Shown here in pieces: positions 50,643 through 62,914 of a DNA stretch of 64,000 nucleotides. This DNA is from Sphyrna mokarran (taxonomy: Eukaryota). Made by a program: the position numbers and the translations under genes. The stretch's first letter is position 1; each line of letters opens with the position of its first letter. Where the stretch lies: NCBI GenBank assembly GCA_024679065.1, contig JAGIQG010000010.1, positions 18,042,001 through 18,106,000 of the forward strand, written 5' to 3'. A model generated the notes under the pieces. The model ran no database searches and was not told the DNA's origin. It saw only the letters and a list, made by a program, of their open reading frames with translations.

Positions 50643-50815
50643 TGGATGAGATCCTCCGGCCTCCCAGCTCCGTGCTTCCCGGCAGTGGAAGGTGGTGTGT
50701 TGTTTGCTAGTGGTGGGATTCTCTGGTCCCGTCACTGTCAATGGGATTTTTCACCGATGTCACCGGGAAAGCCATGGGTGGGGGTGGAATCGGGGAATCC
50801 TGGAGAATTCCGGCC
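50643..50815. mobile_element. Harbinger-like MITE (same family as 14348)
   Basis: tttgctagtggtgggattctc...ctgtcaatgggattt; end ggagaattccggcc. Confidence 0.65.
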
Positions 50816-51202
50816 AGGTATTATGTATTTCTACACATCAAAAGAAGATGAAGCTCCTGGCAAACAAATCAACCATTCACAACTCACCAGGAATGACCGT
50901 ACTAGAAAATCTGAAGTAGATTGCTGCTCAGTAAGGGTTAAACCTTTATATCAGTACAAATCTATGCTCTTTATACATGAATGTTTCTGCAAATGTTGAC
51001 AGAAGCACACACCTTTCACATTGCTTTTCCGCAGGTTCCCTTTTAGTGGATGACCCACAAGGCGCAGCATGTATGTCCAGTTAAAGAGAACTTTGAGTCT
51101 TCTACATCCTCCTACAGGAAATCTCAGCTGCTGTTTCTGTCTCCAGGACTTGCTCCTGCATCCATGTGATGTGCTCCTTACCATCTGCCACCGAATCTAA
51201 AA

Positions 51203-51530
51203 TAAGAAGCATTTGCATTTACATAACATTTCCCCATGAAGGCTGGATGTCACAAAATACTTCACAGCCAATGAAATACTTTTTGAAGTGTAGTCATTGT
51301 TTTAATGTATGAAACACTGTCAAGTTGTTCACAGCAAACTTCCTCAAACGGCAGTATGATCATACCCAGATAATTTGTTTTTTCTTGTGTTGTTGACTGA
51401 GGGATAATTATTGGCCAGAATTGAGATTAACTGAGACACTGGACATAACGGTGTATTCCATAGTGGCAGATGTTTGCAGCATTTGTCTGATGGTGCATCC
51501 TCAGAGTGCTTTGTACTCCATTGAAAAACT
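51203..51530 (-). mobile_element. Deu-SINE (SacSINE1-like)
   Basis: ttgcatttacata...cttcacagccaatgaaatactttttgaagtgtagtca...tgagggataattattggccag. Confidence 0.75.
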
Positions 51531-51839
51531 TATTCAGGTCATTCTCCCATTGTCTGTGCCAGCTTTCAACAATGCACTGTGGGAAATGGAAGGCATGCGC
51601 AAGACTTTTACAATTTTGCCTTTTTCCCATCTGAAGAGTCAGCACAGTAGACACTCCGCTGACCCGCAAAGGTTAAATGGAGGGAGTTGCAATTTCTTCC
51701 ACTCCTTACTCAGGATAGAAGTCCTGGCTCAGCGAGATGCCACCAATCTGATTGACCAACAGCTCTCAAGTCCCTGCAACACCAGATGCTGCTGTGGCCA
51801 GGACTGGGATTATAAGTAGTCACCACAGTCTAAATCCCG

Positions 51840-51968
51840 TGGATGGGATTTTATGGCTGCACTCACCCCAAAACCGGAAACTTCCATCCAAGCTCAACAA
51901 TCCTTTCCATGCTGCGCAGATTGCCCTGTACCATTCCTGTGGTGGGTGTAATGGGAAAATTTGACCCA
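51840..51968. mobile_element. Short TIR MITE
   Basis: tggatgggatttt ... aaaatttgaccca; a related reverse copy at about 39920-40015. Confidence 0.5.
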
Positions 51969-52568
51969 GGTGTCTAAAATAAGGTAAGGTTTGTAGGTCT
52001 CAGGGCAAGGTGGGGAGGATAGGATTGGTTCTGGGCAGAAGATGAGTGGGAGTTTTGGAGAACAGTAGCGAGATAAAAGTGTGACAGCTGCAGTAGAGGG
52101 CCACAGGACACTCACTTTTCCAACACTGCATTCTAACACTCACAAGCTATACTGTAGGCCCTTGAATCCAAACAATTTCATCAAAACTGCACCATGTTCC
52201 ATGAATGGAGTTTGTCTGGGGCTGCATTTACACTCTTTGCCTGTCATAAATCATTTGGTGAACTTTGGAAACTTTCACTTGGAATATTTCAGAGTCAAAT
52301 TGAGGGACAAGACAGGAGTTGACTGAAAATGTTTCAATGGTGACATGTTTCTATGATGCACACTTGCCATTCTGTAGACTCATGGGATATTGATGCGTGA
52401 ATAATATGAAGTAGTTAAAGCATCTTTCATAGTTCAAGAGTTTCTATAAACCTGCAGGAAAACAGCCTCAAAGGAGATGCATTTTTCACCGTGATGACAC
52501 TCATGTATCACAAAATGGAACAAACACGTAAGATCGCAGCCAGAATTATCGAGTCCTTCTGCATCTTC

Positions 52569-53247
52569 ATAAGAACAGAAGAACTAACAGCAGGAGTAGA
52601 CCATTTGGCTCCTCAAATCTGCTCCACCATTCAATAAGATCTTGACTGATTTTTTATGGATTCAGTTCCACTTACCTGCTCGCTCACCAGAGCCCTTAAT
52701 TTCTCTACTATTCAAAAATGTATCTATGCTAGCCTTAAAAACATTCAATGAGGTAGCCTCTATTGCTTCACTGGGCAGGGAATTCCAAGATGCACAAAAT
52801 CTTTGGGTGAAGAAGTTCCTCCTCAATTCAATCCTAAATCTTCTCCCCCTTATTTTGAGGCCATACCCTCTAGTTTTAGTTTCACCTGCCAGTGGAAACA
52901 ACTTCCCTGCTTCTATCTTATCTATTCCTTTCATTATCTTCTATGTTTCTATAAGATCTCCCCTCATTCTTCCAAATTCCAATGAGTATAGCCCCACTCT
53001 ACTCTGTCTTTCCTCTGAAGCCAACCCTTTCAATTCCAGAATCAACCTAGTGAATTTCCTTTGCACCCACTCCAGTGTCAGTGTATCCTTTCGCATGTAA
53101 AGAGACCAAAATTGCACACGTTACACCAAGTGTGGCCTCACCAGCATCTTATATAGCTGCAACACTATCTCCTGGTTTTTAAACTCTGTCCCTCTAGCAA
53201 TGAAAGACAAAATTCCATTTGCCTTCTTAATTACCTACTGCACCTGC
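52569..53247 (-). mobile_element. CR1 3' end (ORF2 C-terminus and UTR)
   Basis: KLFPLAGETKTRGYGLKIRG.RFR.ELRRNFFTQR; tail cataagaacagaagaacta..agcaggagtagaccat. Confidence 0.95.
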
Positions 53248-54699
53248 TCAACCTCCAGCGAGAATGGAAAATTTGGTACTCAGCCAAAGCAGGACTGGAG
53301 AAACTCAGCCACAGGCAAAGTTGGAGAATTCCAGCTCTAATTTCAGAAAGGAAAATTATTGTCTTCTATTTTAGTCCTTAAACTGAATGGCATTTCCATG
53401 CTTTCTGTTTTGCTAGTTCATTTATTCCTTCCTTTAAAAGGAAACGATTGACATATCAAGTCAAACATTGCCTACATGAGGTATTTTCTATAATAGATTT
53501 GCAAGAACAAATTTGGATAACATGGCCAACTAAACTGTGTGACTGGTTAACCCAGCAGTAAACCTGATGAGCTGATGGCTTGATTTACTGATTAGGCCTT
53601 CCATTGTACAGCTCATGTGAGTAATGCTGGGTTCCTAATGATGCTGGCACAATCTGCTGTTAGCTAGAAAAGTCAGCATCTAGGGAAGGATGAATGCAAA
53701 GAAATCTACATTAGATTTCCATGGAACATGGAATAACAGAAATGCGAATATTGCTACGATGGCTTACATTTTTAGAATTTAGAATCTAATGCCTGATTTG
53801 AACTGCGAGTTGATAAGAATGTAATAGATGCAACTCTGTTATCAGTATCTGGGATCATACGGAAGTCGTTCATACCAGGGTCCATAAATGCATATGTCAT
53901 ATGAATATATAATATATGCATAAATATATTTGGCTGCTTATGTATTTTTCTATTAGCTAAAAATTGACAGAAAATGCAATTAAATCAAAAATCATTACAG
54001 CAAGAGGCTATCGTGTTGAAAACTTTAATGTATTTTGTATGCAATTCTTCAGTGATACTGTTGCATTGCAATCATATTGGACCCCAGAGCAAAATGGAGA
54101 AATAATGTTTGGTTAATTATTAAAACATTAAATATGGAAATCATGCATGAGGGAAATCAGGGAATGGCAAAAATAGATTAGGACTGTGCTTCACATTCAC
54201 TGAACCTGTTTCTCTATCCTTTATGCTTGCACTGTAGGTCAGACCCTAAAGCACTGACACGTGTTTGATGCCTGGAGTTTGTATTTGATTGTGATTACAC
54301 AAAGAAAATTAAAATGAAAGCTTAATGTAATCAAGCATTTTGTTGTTTACTAGAGTGTTACTCCAAAGAATTTGCAATATTTACTAACAAAATCAACAAT
54401 TAACCACTTGTTGCTCTATCCAGAAGTTTTAGAGTTGCAGTGAGAGCTTCACCTGGAGCCTCAATAAAGAATCACAAAAGTATCATAGAATTATAGGGTC
54501 ATACAGCGCAGAAGGGGCCCTTCAGCCCATCGGACCTACACTTAATTGTCTCCCCTAAGGCCCCATCCCATTCAGATGCCACCCCGGCACGGTCCCATAC
54601 ATGAAGGGCACTACGTGTGTGAAAAGCTGACAGTGTCACACTGTAAGAAGTCTCACAACACCAGGTTAAAATCCAACAGGTTTATTTGGTAACAAACGC

Positions 54700-54738
54700 C
54701 ACTAGCTTTCGGAGAGCTAGCTGCTCCTTCATCAGTTG
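54700..54738 (-). ncRNA. Minimal hammerhead motif, antisense arm
   Basis: caa-CTGATGA-a-ggag..ctcc-GAAA-gc-TA-gtg; mismatch in stem I. Confidence 0.55.
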
Positions 54739-54960
54739 AGTGGGAGATCTTTTCACAAACAGAGCGTGTAGAGACACAAACTCAATTTACAGAATACTGA
54801 TTGAAAAGTGAGTCTTTACAGCTAAACAAGTCTTAAATGCTCTTTCCACTTACATTGTACCTTTAAGACTTGACTAGCTGTAAAAACTCACCTTTCAATC
54901 ATTATTCTGTAAATTGAGTTTGTGCCTTCATATGTCCTGTTTGTGAAAAGATCTCCCACT

Positions 54961-54995
54961 CACCTGATGAAGGAGCAATGCTCCGAAAGCTAGTG
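54961..54995 (+). ncRNA. Minimal type I hammerhead ribozyme motif
   Basis: cac-CTGATGA-a-ggagc-aat-gctcc-GAAA-gc-TA-gtg: intact core, 5-bp stem II, palindromic AGCT in place of stem III, stem I cac/gtg. Confidence 0.75.
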
Positions 54996-56246
54996 GTGTT
55001 TACTACCAAATAAACCTGTTGGACTTTAAGCTGGTGTTGTGAAACATCTTATTGTGTTTACCCCAGTCCAATGCCGGCATTTCCACATCATGTGTCAGAC
55101 TGCACAGTGGTCAGTGCCAGGGTGCCTTGCTGGTACTGGGAGGTTAACATTGCCCAAGAGGCACTGTTTCCAAACTCCTGAGGAGCCCCCAGTGGTGACC
55201 TGTTGATGGTGACCATACGTAATCCTTTTCAGTGAGGACTTCCACCGACACAGCCACAAAGGCAAGTGAGCCCAGACAATTGCATTCCATACTCACTAAT
55301 AATAGTTAAATCATTGTTTGAATTGATTTAAATATTAATTTCACCAGATATCTGGTCTGGTAAGATTAATAGAGGCAAGCAATTAGGTGCAAAACTGATA
55401 TTTTGCTCTTTCGTGATCTCACTGGATTACCTGTCCATTGACCAATAGGATGAGAAATCACTCCCTGAATTTCTGATAAACCGTTAAAAATGTTCATTAT
55501 TGCAACTGTTTTGAAGATATATAAATTATAAATATTGCAGTGCAATAAGGGACTTAAAGGCGGAGGGATGTAATTGTTGGCCCCCTTAATAGGCATCATT
55601 GGAAGGATCATGTAACCCAGTTGCCCAATGGTGAACGAGAGAGGGGATCTCAGGTCAGAGCATGGTCTTTTGCAGCCAGATTGATCTGAGAGCTGAGAAT
55701 GAACACATTAATTATCGCACCCTGTACATAGCTGTAAATAGTGATAAACCTATCATTGTTTGATAACTATCTGGTGGCTGCTAATTATTGCATTTACTAC
55801 AAAAATAGTTGCCTCACAACATTTTGTGAACTGAGAAACATGCATTATTGCCCACATTACTTCCATAAATTAAAATTTATAAAATGTTGATTTGCTTCAA
55901 TGCAGAATTTCTTATTTTAAAACTAAAGTTGAGATTTTTGTAAAATCTTTGTCGAGACAAAATGCATTACACCCAAAAATAAGCGAGGTATTTCTCAAAG
56001 CTTCTATCAGTTTCCACTGCCATATCCGTGCGCCCGGCGAGAGTCATCACTTTTGCTTTTATCTATGCTGGTACTTTGCCAGGTGATGGTAATGTCCACA
56101 AGCATGTCCTTTTTCACTTGTGCATTCATCTACCCTCTGCATGTCAAATGCTAAACACATTTCCCCAAGTCCAACTGATAGTTGTTTGAGAAATTTAAGT
56201 GGGGCTATTACAGCGTAAAGTTTCCACCGTGCAATTTTACGAGACC

Positions 56247-56261
56247 AATTGTTATGCAAAT
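56247..56261 (+). promoter_or_regulatory. Sox-Oct composite motif, candidate
   Basis: aATTGTtATGCAAAT, 14/15 match to CATTGTTATGCAAAT; function untested. Confidence 0.35.
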
Positions 56262-57199
56262 CCAAGGCTAGATTAAGACAAACAACTGGGTTGAGTGACA
56301 CCAGTGTATGCTAAAACATTTGTCACTAACACACTTGTCGTTAGGCTGATGAAGCAGCAGTTCTGCCTGACTGCATGTTATGGCAGATGAGGAAGGAGTT
56401 ATTGAACCAAAAAGAAGCAGTTAGTAAAATCCAGTCAGGATATATTGGTATCACATATATTATCTGCCTCTAAGGGGAAAACAATGCTTCAGGCACTTCC
56501 TTCTCCATGGGCCGATGATCGCTGACATATGTCAGAAATCACAGGTGTATTTAGAATAAGCATCTGTCCTGGGCACAGCCTTGTCAAGAGCAATGAATGT
56601 GGTGTTAGACATTGATTTTCATGTCACGAGCTTATCTTAGACCTTTTGAAATGATTACACTGATATGTTCAATGGGTTTGCCCAGCAGATTATAGCTGCT
56701 TTTGGCAGTCAGGCATAAGCATACACCTCTCAAACTCTTTAATAACATGAACATGACCGCCTCCTTTGCAGAATTCCTCAGTACGTTAATCACTACCCCA
56801 TTTGGACATGTCTGATGCATTGTGGATCTTTGACGACATGAAAATGGTCACTGCAATCAAAATATGGGGAAAACAAAAGAGATAAAAAAATGTCCAAATA
56901 TCATAACCCATTTGTTTGTGCAACCATTCAGTGTGGTAATATCTGATAAGCCAATATTCAACTCAATATATTAAGAATTAAATGGGCTGGTACTAGCTTC
57001 CCTGAAAAACAAATGTGAGGCCTGTGGTGAGTGATTTACCTGTGGCTTTTCGTTGTTTTGCAGTACATTGATGCTGCTTACTAAATTAAATTGTCTGCAT
57101 GCAGAAAGCATTATCTGGGCGTCGATTGGTTGTATATACAAACAGAGGACCTGATCTCTTGAGTTGCCAGTGCCGCTTAAAGGTAGCCTGCATCTCTTG

Positions 57200-57302
57200 A
57201 AGAGGAAGCGCTTTGTGACTCAAAGAAAGGGCGGGAGTTCTTTGAAAAGTTGGTGCAGGCTCGATGGGCCAAATGGCCTTTTTCTGCTCCATCAGGATTC
57301 TA
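57200..57302 (+). mobile_element. CR1/SINE tail fragment
   Basis: ggtgcaggctcgatgggccaaatggcc...ggattcta. Confidence 0.65.
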
Positions 57303-57914
57303 AACAGGCGGACACTGTCCAGGGGAAGTTAACTCTCTCCACCCAAAGGAAATGGACTAGAACATGAGTTAAAATTCAATTTCTGCCCACTGACTAATGC
57401 TACTGTTTCTTTTAATAGGGTAGGGGGTGGGCGGGAGGGCAGTTGAAGCACCCCCATGCGTTAAATATATGCACATTGAAATCCTATCTAAATGCTATTT
57501 TAACTAGCTATTGAGCACTAAAATGTGAATATGGAAATTTGGACTGAAATTATAATAATAATGCCGAAATGGAAGCTGAATTGCTCTTTGCGTTTGATCA
57601 ATTCACCCAGTGCCTCTTATCCTGCATCATTTGAAGATTACACTTGGTCTTCACTCCCCATGGGAAGTTGACTGGTTTTGTATTCAAATATTTTCATCAA
57701 ACGCTGTTTTAACAGTCCAGATCGCATTAGATTACTTTAACAATGAGAGGCAGCATCATGGCAGATCTTGATAAGATTGCTTTGGAAATGCTGATCAATA
57801 CTGCGGCAGATATTCCACTGTGATCTTGCACTCACTTGGAGCCAGTCTGATTCCGGCAACAGCTTTAACATAAGGAATCTTAACAACCGCCAGAGAGAAG
57901 GAAATACAGAAAAA

Positions 57915-58022
57915 AAGAAATGCAGACTTTTATTTCAGTGGCAACATTCAAGACCTCATGGAATCCCGAAATGCTTTGCGACAATGAAGCACTTTCGAAG
58001 TGTGCTCACTGTTGTAAATGTC
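57915..58022 (-). mobile_element. Deu-SINE 3' fragment
   Basis: caatgaagcactttcgaagtgtgctcactgttgtaa matches 51268-51306. Confidence 0.55.
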
Positions 58023-58311
58023 AAAGAATTGCACGGTGTTTCCCATGAAGTCTCAAATCCCAGAAACATTGTGCATTGTACGATGCAATGCCACTCAAAG
58101 AAAACTGTTCTCCTGAATAATGGTATTTTTAGTGTAAACTTCAGAAGTTGACCAAGATTTGTTCGATCGACTTCAGAGAAATGAAGGAAGGCTGACTCTG
58201 TTCACCATTCATAGATAAATCATAACACACTTGTATATGTGCGTTTGTATGTGTGCGTCTGTGAGACCCTGCTGATATCATTGTTACGTAGACACAATAT
58301 GAAAGGAGCTG

Positions 58312-58642
58312 AGTATTAAAGGGGACGTGGACAGAGTGGATAGTCAGAAGCCTTTTTCCAGGGTGGAAGAGTCAATTAGTAGGTGGCAGAGGTTTAAGAT
58401 GCAGGGAACAAGGTTTAAAGGACATGTATGAGGGTGGTGGTAGCTGGAACCCACTGCTGGGAGATGTAGTGGAAGCAGATATACTAATCACTGTTAGGGG
58501 ACACCTTGACAAATATATGAATAGGATGGGAATAGCGGGATATAGTCCCTGGAAGGGTAGGGGGTTTTAGTTCAGTAGGGCAACATGGTTGCAGGCTTGG
58601 AGGGCCGAAGAGCCTGTTCCTGTGCTGAAATTTTCTTTGTTT
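58312..58642 (+). mobile_element. CR1 3' end
   Basis: gtggacagagtggatagtcagaagcctttttccaggg...gcaggcttggagggccgaagagcctgttcctgtgctg. Confidence 0.85.
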
Positions 58643-58834
58643 AACAAATGGGATCTTTTGATCCTGACACTGTCAACAGGGTTTCCTGTTGTCCGCACTC
58701 TCTGCAGCTGAGGAATTCATGACACACAGGAGTGGCCGCCAGCAGCACCAGCAGATTGAGCCAGCGAGAACGGCAGGAAAATTTGATCCAACATTTACCC
58801 CAGTCACAAAGATCCCCTCATTGGAAGTGGACAT

Positions 58835-58932
58835 CTTCTTAGTCAATCCCTTGGGAACGAAGGTGACTTGTTTTCACTCCGGTTTTAAGGTGGTTGATGA
58901 ATCCATTGTAGAATCTGCAGGTTCTGCCACAC
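58835..58932 (-). mobile_element. RTE-type LINE 3' end fragment
   Basis: tagtcaatcccttgggaacgaaggtgacttg...ttgatgaatcc...tctgcaggttctgccaca; family recalled from memory. Confidence 0.4.
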
Positions 58933-58934
58933 AC

Positions 58935-59645
58935 CTCAAGCTTTCGGAGCACTGCCCCTTCATCAGATGAGTGGGAGTTGTGCCCGCAAACGGGGCATAT
59001 AAAGACACAAATTCAATTTACAAGAGATTTTACAGGTAATCAAGTCTTAAAGGTGCAGACAATGTGAGTGGAGAGAGGGTTAAGCACAAATTAAAGAGAT
59101 GTGTATTGTCTCCCGCCAGGACAGTTAGTGAGATTTTGCAAGCCCAAGCAAATCATTGGGGTTACAGATAGCATGACATGAACCCAAGATCCCAATTGAG
59201 GTCGTCCTCATGTGTCTGGAACTTGGCTCTATCAGTTTCTGCTCTGCGATTCTGCATTGTTGTGTGTTGCGAAGGTCTGTGAAGATCAGAAGCTGAATGC
59301 CCGTTACTGCTGAACCGTTCCCTGACTGGAAGGGAACACTTCTGCCTGATGACTGTTGATCAATGTTAATTCACCTGTTGTTGTAGCATCTGCATGGTTT
59401 CACCAATGTACCATGCCTCGGGACATCCCTTCCTGCAGTGTATCAGGAAGACAACATTGGCCGAGTTGCAAGATTATGTATTGTGTACCTGGTGGATGTT
59501 GTTCTCATGTGAGATGATGGCATCTGTGTCAATGATCTGGCACGTCTTGCAGAGGTTGCTAAGTTAGAGTTGTGTGGTACTGTGGTTGCTGTTCGTTGAA
59601 GGCTGGGTAGTTTGCTGCAGACAATAGTCTGTTTGAGGTTGTGTT
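58935..59645 (-). mobile_element. Penelope-like element fragment (GIY-YIG and 3' UTR up to the hammerhead)
   Basis: reverse complement of about 13200-13749 continuing into the pLTR; hammerhead core ctgatga-a-ggggc-agt-gctcc-gaaa-gc-tt at 58938-58966. Confidence 0.9.
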
Positions 59646-59649
59646 GACC

Positions 59650-59845
59650 CACTTCTTGCAAATTTTGATACACTACACTTGGTCCCCAACTCCAAGCCAT
59701 CTATGTGATTGTAAACAATTGCAGTCCCAACACTGATCCCTGAGGCATACAACTAGTCACTGATTGCCAACCAGAAAAACACCATTTACCTCTACTCTTT
59801 GCTTTCTGTTAGTTAACCAATCCTCTATCCGTGTTAGCATATTGC
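59650..59845 (-). mobile_element. CR1 RT fragment
   Basis: minus strand WLTNRKQRV...VTSCMPQGSVLG and SKFA. Confidence 0.75.
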
Positions 59846-60847
59846 TCATAATACTATTTTCTTTTCCAATGAATTTGGACAATCTTGTGAAGGTGTGACT
59901 GTTGGAAATTCTCTAATGCTTTGAGATGGGTGTTGTAGGCTGTGCAATTCTCTGATGCATATGAAGATGGCTGATCACTGCAATCAGAGTGAAGATTCTG
60001 ATTTTGGTGCACTTTGATGGGCAAAAATCATGCTAAAAGTCTGGAAGAAGTTCCCCTATCACAGGGAGGAAATGGTTGAAAAGGATCCATTTCAGGATAT
60101 CCCATGTGCCAATCAAGGGAGTGAGAATCAGGAAATTACAAAGGTCCTGATTATCCACCTAGCTAGGAACTTAACTAATAAAATTATCTGATTTTTATCT
60201 CTCAACAGACAAGCTTTTCCACAAGAAGTGTCAAAGCAAAACAGTTAGCAGACAGCTAACTGTTCCAGACAGCCTTGATGTCTATATATTGTTTTTTGTT
60301 TCAAGAATCTATGATATTGAGGGATCTTCATTGAGGCAGATGATCTCTCATCCTTCTTATTCTTACCGGCTCATAATCATATTTTTTCATGATCATTTTG
60401 CTCTTCCTATCCTAGCAACTTGCTGCTTGATCATATCCTTGTCTTGCATTTCAAGTGTAATAAGAATCTTTGATGGGAGCTGAAAATAAGTGTGTTATTC
60501 AGTGGGGAATTTGAAAAATAGCTGGATTTTTTTAAGCTTGGTCTTTTCAATGTATTTTTATCCTTGCAATCTTTCAACAATTTAAAGGAGATAATTTGAG
60601 GGGTTGTGAAGATTTAAAATTTTTTGAGTCTTCAATTTTTTACATACATTTACATACATCTACTTCCTTCAACTAGTCAGTTGAAAACTTTTCTTTCCTA
60701 CACAATACCAAATCCCAGTGAGTTTTCTAAAACAATTTTAACATTGCAATATCATGAAGGAAATTAGTTATATGTCTTTTGACGTAAACAATAAGCTTTC
60801 CTTGAACTTCATAACACTGAGATTTTAGAAGTAAATATTAATGTTGA

Positions 60848-61135
60848 AAAGTTTATTTATTAACGTCACAAATAGGCTTACATAAACATTGCAGTGACAT
60901 TATTATGAAAATCACCTAATTGCCACACTTCAGCATCTATTCAGGTACACCGAGGGAGAACTTACGATGACTAACAAACCTAACCAGCATGTCTTTTGGA
61001 CTGTGGGACAAAATACATGCAATACAGGGAGATCATGCAGGGTTTCCACAGACAGTGACCCAAGTTGGGAATTGAACTCAGGTCCCCAGCTCTGTGAGGC
61101 AGCAGTGCTAACCACTGTGCCACTGTGCCACCCCA
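60848..61135 (-). mobile_element. V-SINE, tail B
   Basis: tttattaacgtcacaaataggcttacata ... ctgtgaggcagcagtgctaaccactgtgccactgtgccacc. Confidence 0.9.
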
Positions 61136-61999
61136 GTAATAATATGTCTGATTTTGTTTTAATGACGTGTTCTGAAAATGAATTAAGCAGAAGCAATTAT
61201 TAATACAGCTACTTTAAATCAGCCAAGATACAGCAAACTTAAATATTAATGTTTTTGATTACATTCTATTTCTTCACCATGGTGAGAAATACAACCACAT
61301 GGACAAATAAATTTAAATTGTTGTTTATGGTTCATATTTTAATATTATTTATTTTATATGGTAATGGATCTCAGCTCCTCTGTAAAAATGCATTAAAACA
61401 CACAATTATACTGCATGTTAAAGAAATCAATCAATATTTAAAACATAAGCTCTATTTTTGCTTTGAAAGTTAATATTTAATGCATGAATATCTGTTAGGA
61501 TGAAATTTTGTAAATGCATCACTGCTTAAAATCATTCATGGAGATAGCTTACTGATTTGAGGCAATATTCTGGCACAACATATTTTGTTAACTGAATGTA
61601 AAAAATTCGAAAATTACAGTCAGCTAAATGCAGTAGCTGAGGAACTTGTACAATAGAATTCCTGTTCATGACTTTCAAGTTCAATGTAACATATAATCCA
61701 TGGGCAAAAGAAGCTTGTTAGGCAAAAAATGTGCACCATTTTTGATACAAGTGATTTTTGCGCTTTGTGCAAGCTTTCTATATCTCTCCTTTGTGTCCAC
61801 TGGTTTGAAACAGAATTATGTTTCACAGAATCACTCAGTATAATGCAGCACATGCAAGCAGGTGAAACATGACTTCATAATGTATAGGTAAACAGTGATA
61901 AAGGTGGTAAAGACATGATTATTGGCCGTTCTCTAAAAATAGCCAGTGTGATACTCATCTCAAAAAGGCAAATGAAGAATTAATTACAACTAAATCTAG

Positions 62000-62340
62000 T
62001 TGTATTAGTCCCATCAAAATTCCAATTAGATCACATTTGGTACACTGTGTACAATTTTGGTCACTTTCTATTCAAAAAGATGTTAATGCATTGGAATAGG
62101 ATGAAAGTATCTAGAAGATAATTGCATGATTTAAGATTGAAACTGTTTCACTCTCTGAGGATAAGTTGAGAGCTATAGGTAGAGAGATCATTGACAGTTA
62201 ACATTACCCTTCCCTTTAAATGCTGAAAGGCGTGGATGATACAAATTTCAGCCATTTATTTTAATGTAACTCTTGACAACAGGCCAAAAAAAAAAGTTTA
62301 AATACAAAATTCTCAAAACCTCAAATGAGCTTAGAAATTG
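62000..62340 (+). mobile_element. Old CR1 ORF2 fragment
   Basis: cacatttggtacactgtgtacaattttggtca (H...CVQFWS), aaagatgttaatgcattggaa (KDV.ALE). Confidence 0.55.
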
Positions 62341-62552
62341 GAGCATATTTTCCAGCCTCACCACAGAGTGTTTTCAGCAGTGGAGCTAGCACGCCATTGG
62401 CTGCCAGCTGAGATCTTCCAGTCCCGCCAACGCCAGCGGCACGTTTGGTTCACCTGTTCTAACGCCAAGGAACCCACCAAGGTGAGGTGGGGAAGTCACA
62501 ATTGAGTGAATTTGAAACTTCCGCTGGCAGGAAAGGCGAGAAAAACTCACCT
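62340..62552. mobile_element. Harbinger-like MITE (14348 family), diverged
   Basis: attttccagcc...cgccattggctg..agatcttccagtcccgcc. Confidence 0.55.
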
Positions 62553-62914
62553 TAGATATGTGAAATAGGTCCCTTTGAGGGTAATTGACACAATGTTAAT
62601 CAATTCATTTAACATGTAGCTGGAAAATTAATTGGTTACAAAAGCAATAAAGTTAAAAGATTAAGTTTAGTCACAGATGATAAAATGTTATGGAGCCCTG
62701 ACAATACTAAATCTGACAATGCTTAATTCCACATATTTGAATTCTAATAAATATATATTAAATAATATCAGGTTAATATTTTTCTTATGATCAACTTCAA
62801 GTCAGGAAGATGTTTGGAGCATTTTCTCAGGAGCTTTACAGAAGTTGATTGGTTCCTTATACAAATAAAAAACAAATAAAATACGTTTTCTTAAAGATAG
62901 TAGTGGTAAGCAGA

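Larger units (their letters stand above)
54644..55091 (+). mobile_element. Penelope-derived fold-back insert (inverted pLTR pair)
   Basis: arms 54644-54837 / 54862-55051, unpaired 40-nt 3' extension, 11-bp TSD gtgtca(c/g)actg (54633-54643, 55092-55102). Confidence 0.92.

Noticed and set aside
51013-51196. Minus-strand exon with AG/GT ends and one open frame
   Set aside because: The peptide is unrecognised, the acceptor comes from a SINE tail edge, and a competing donor lies 15 nt inside; transcript data are needed.
53564-53570. CTGATGA as a hammerhead or C box
   Set aside because: No stem II plus GAAA downstream and no convincing snoRNA layout.
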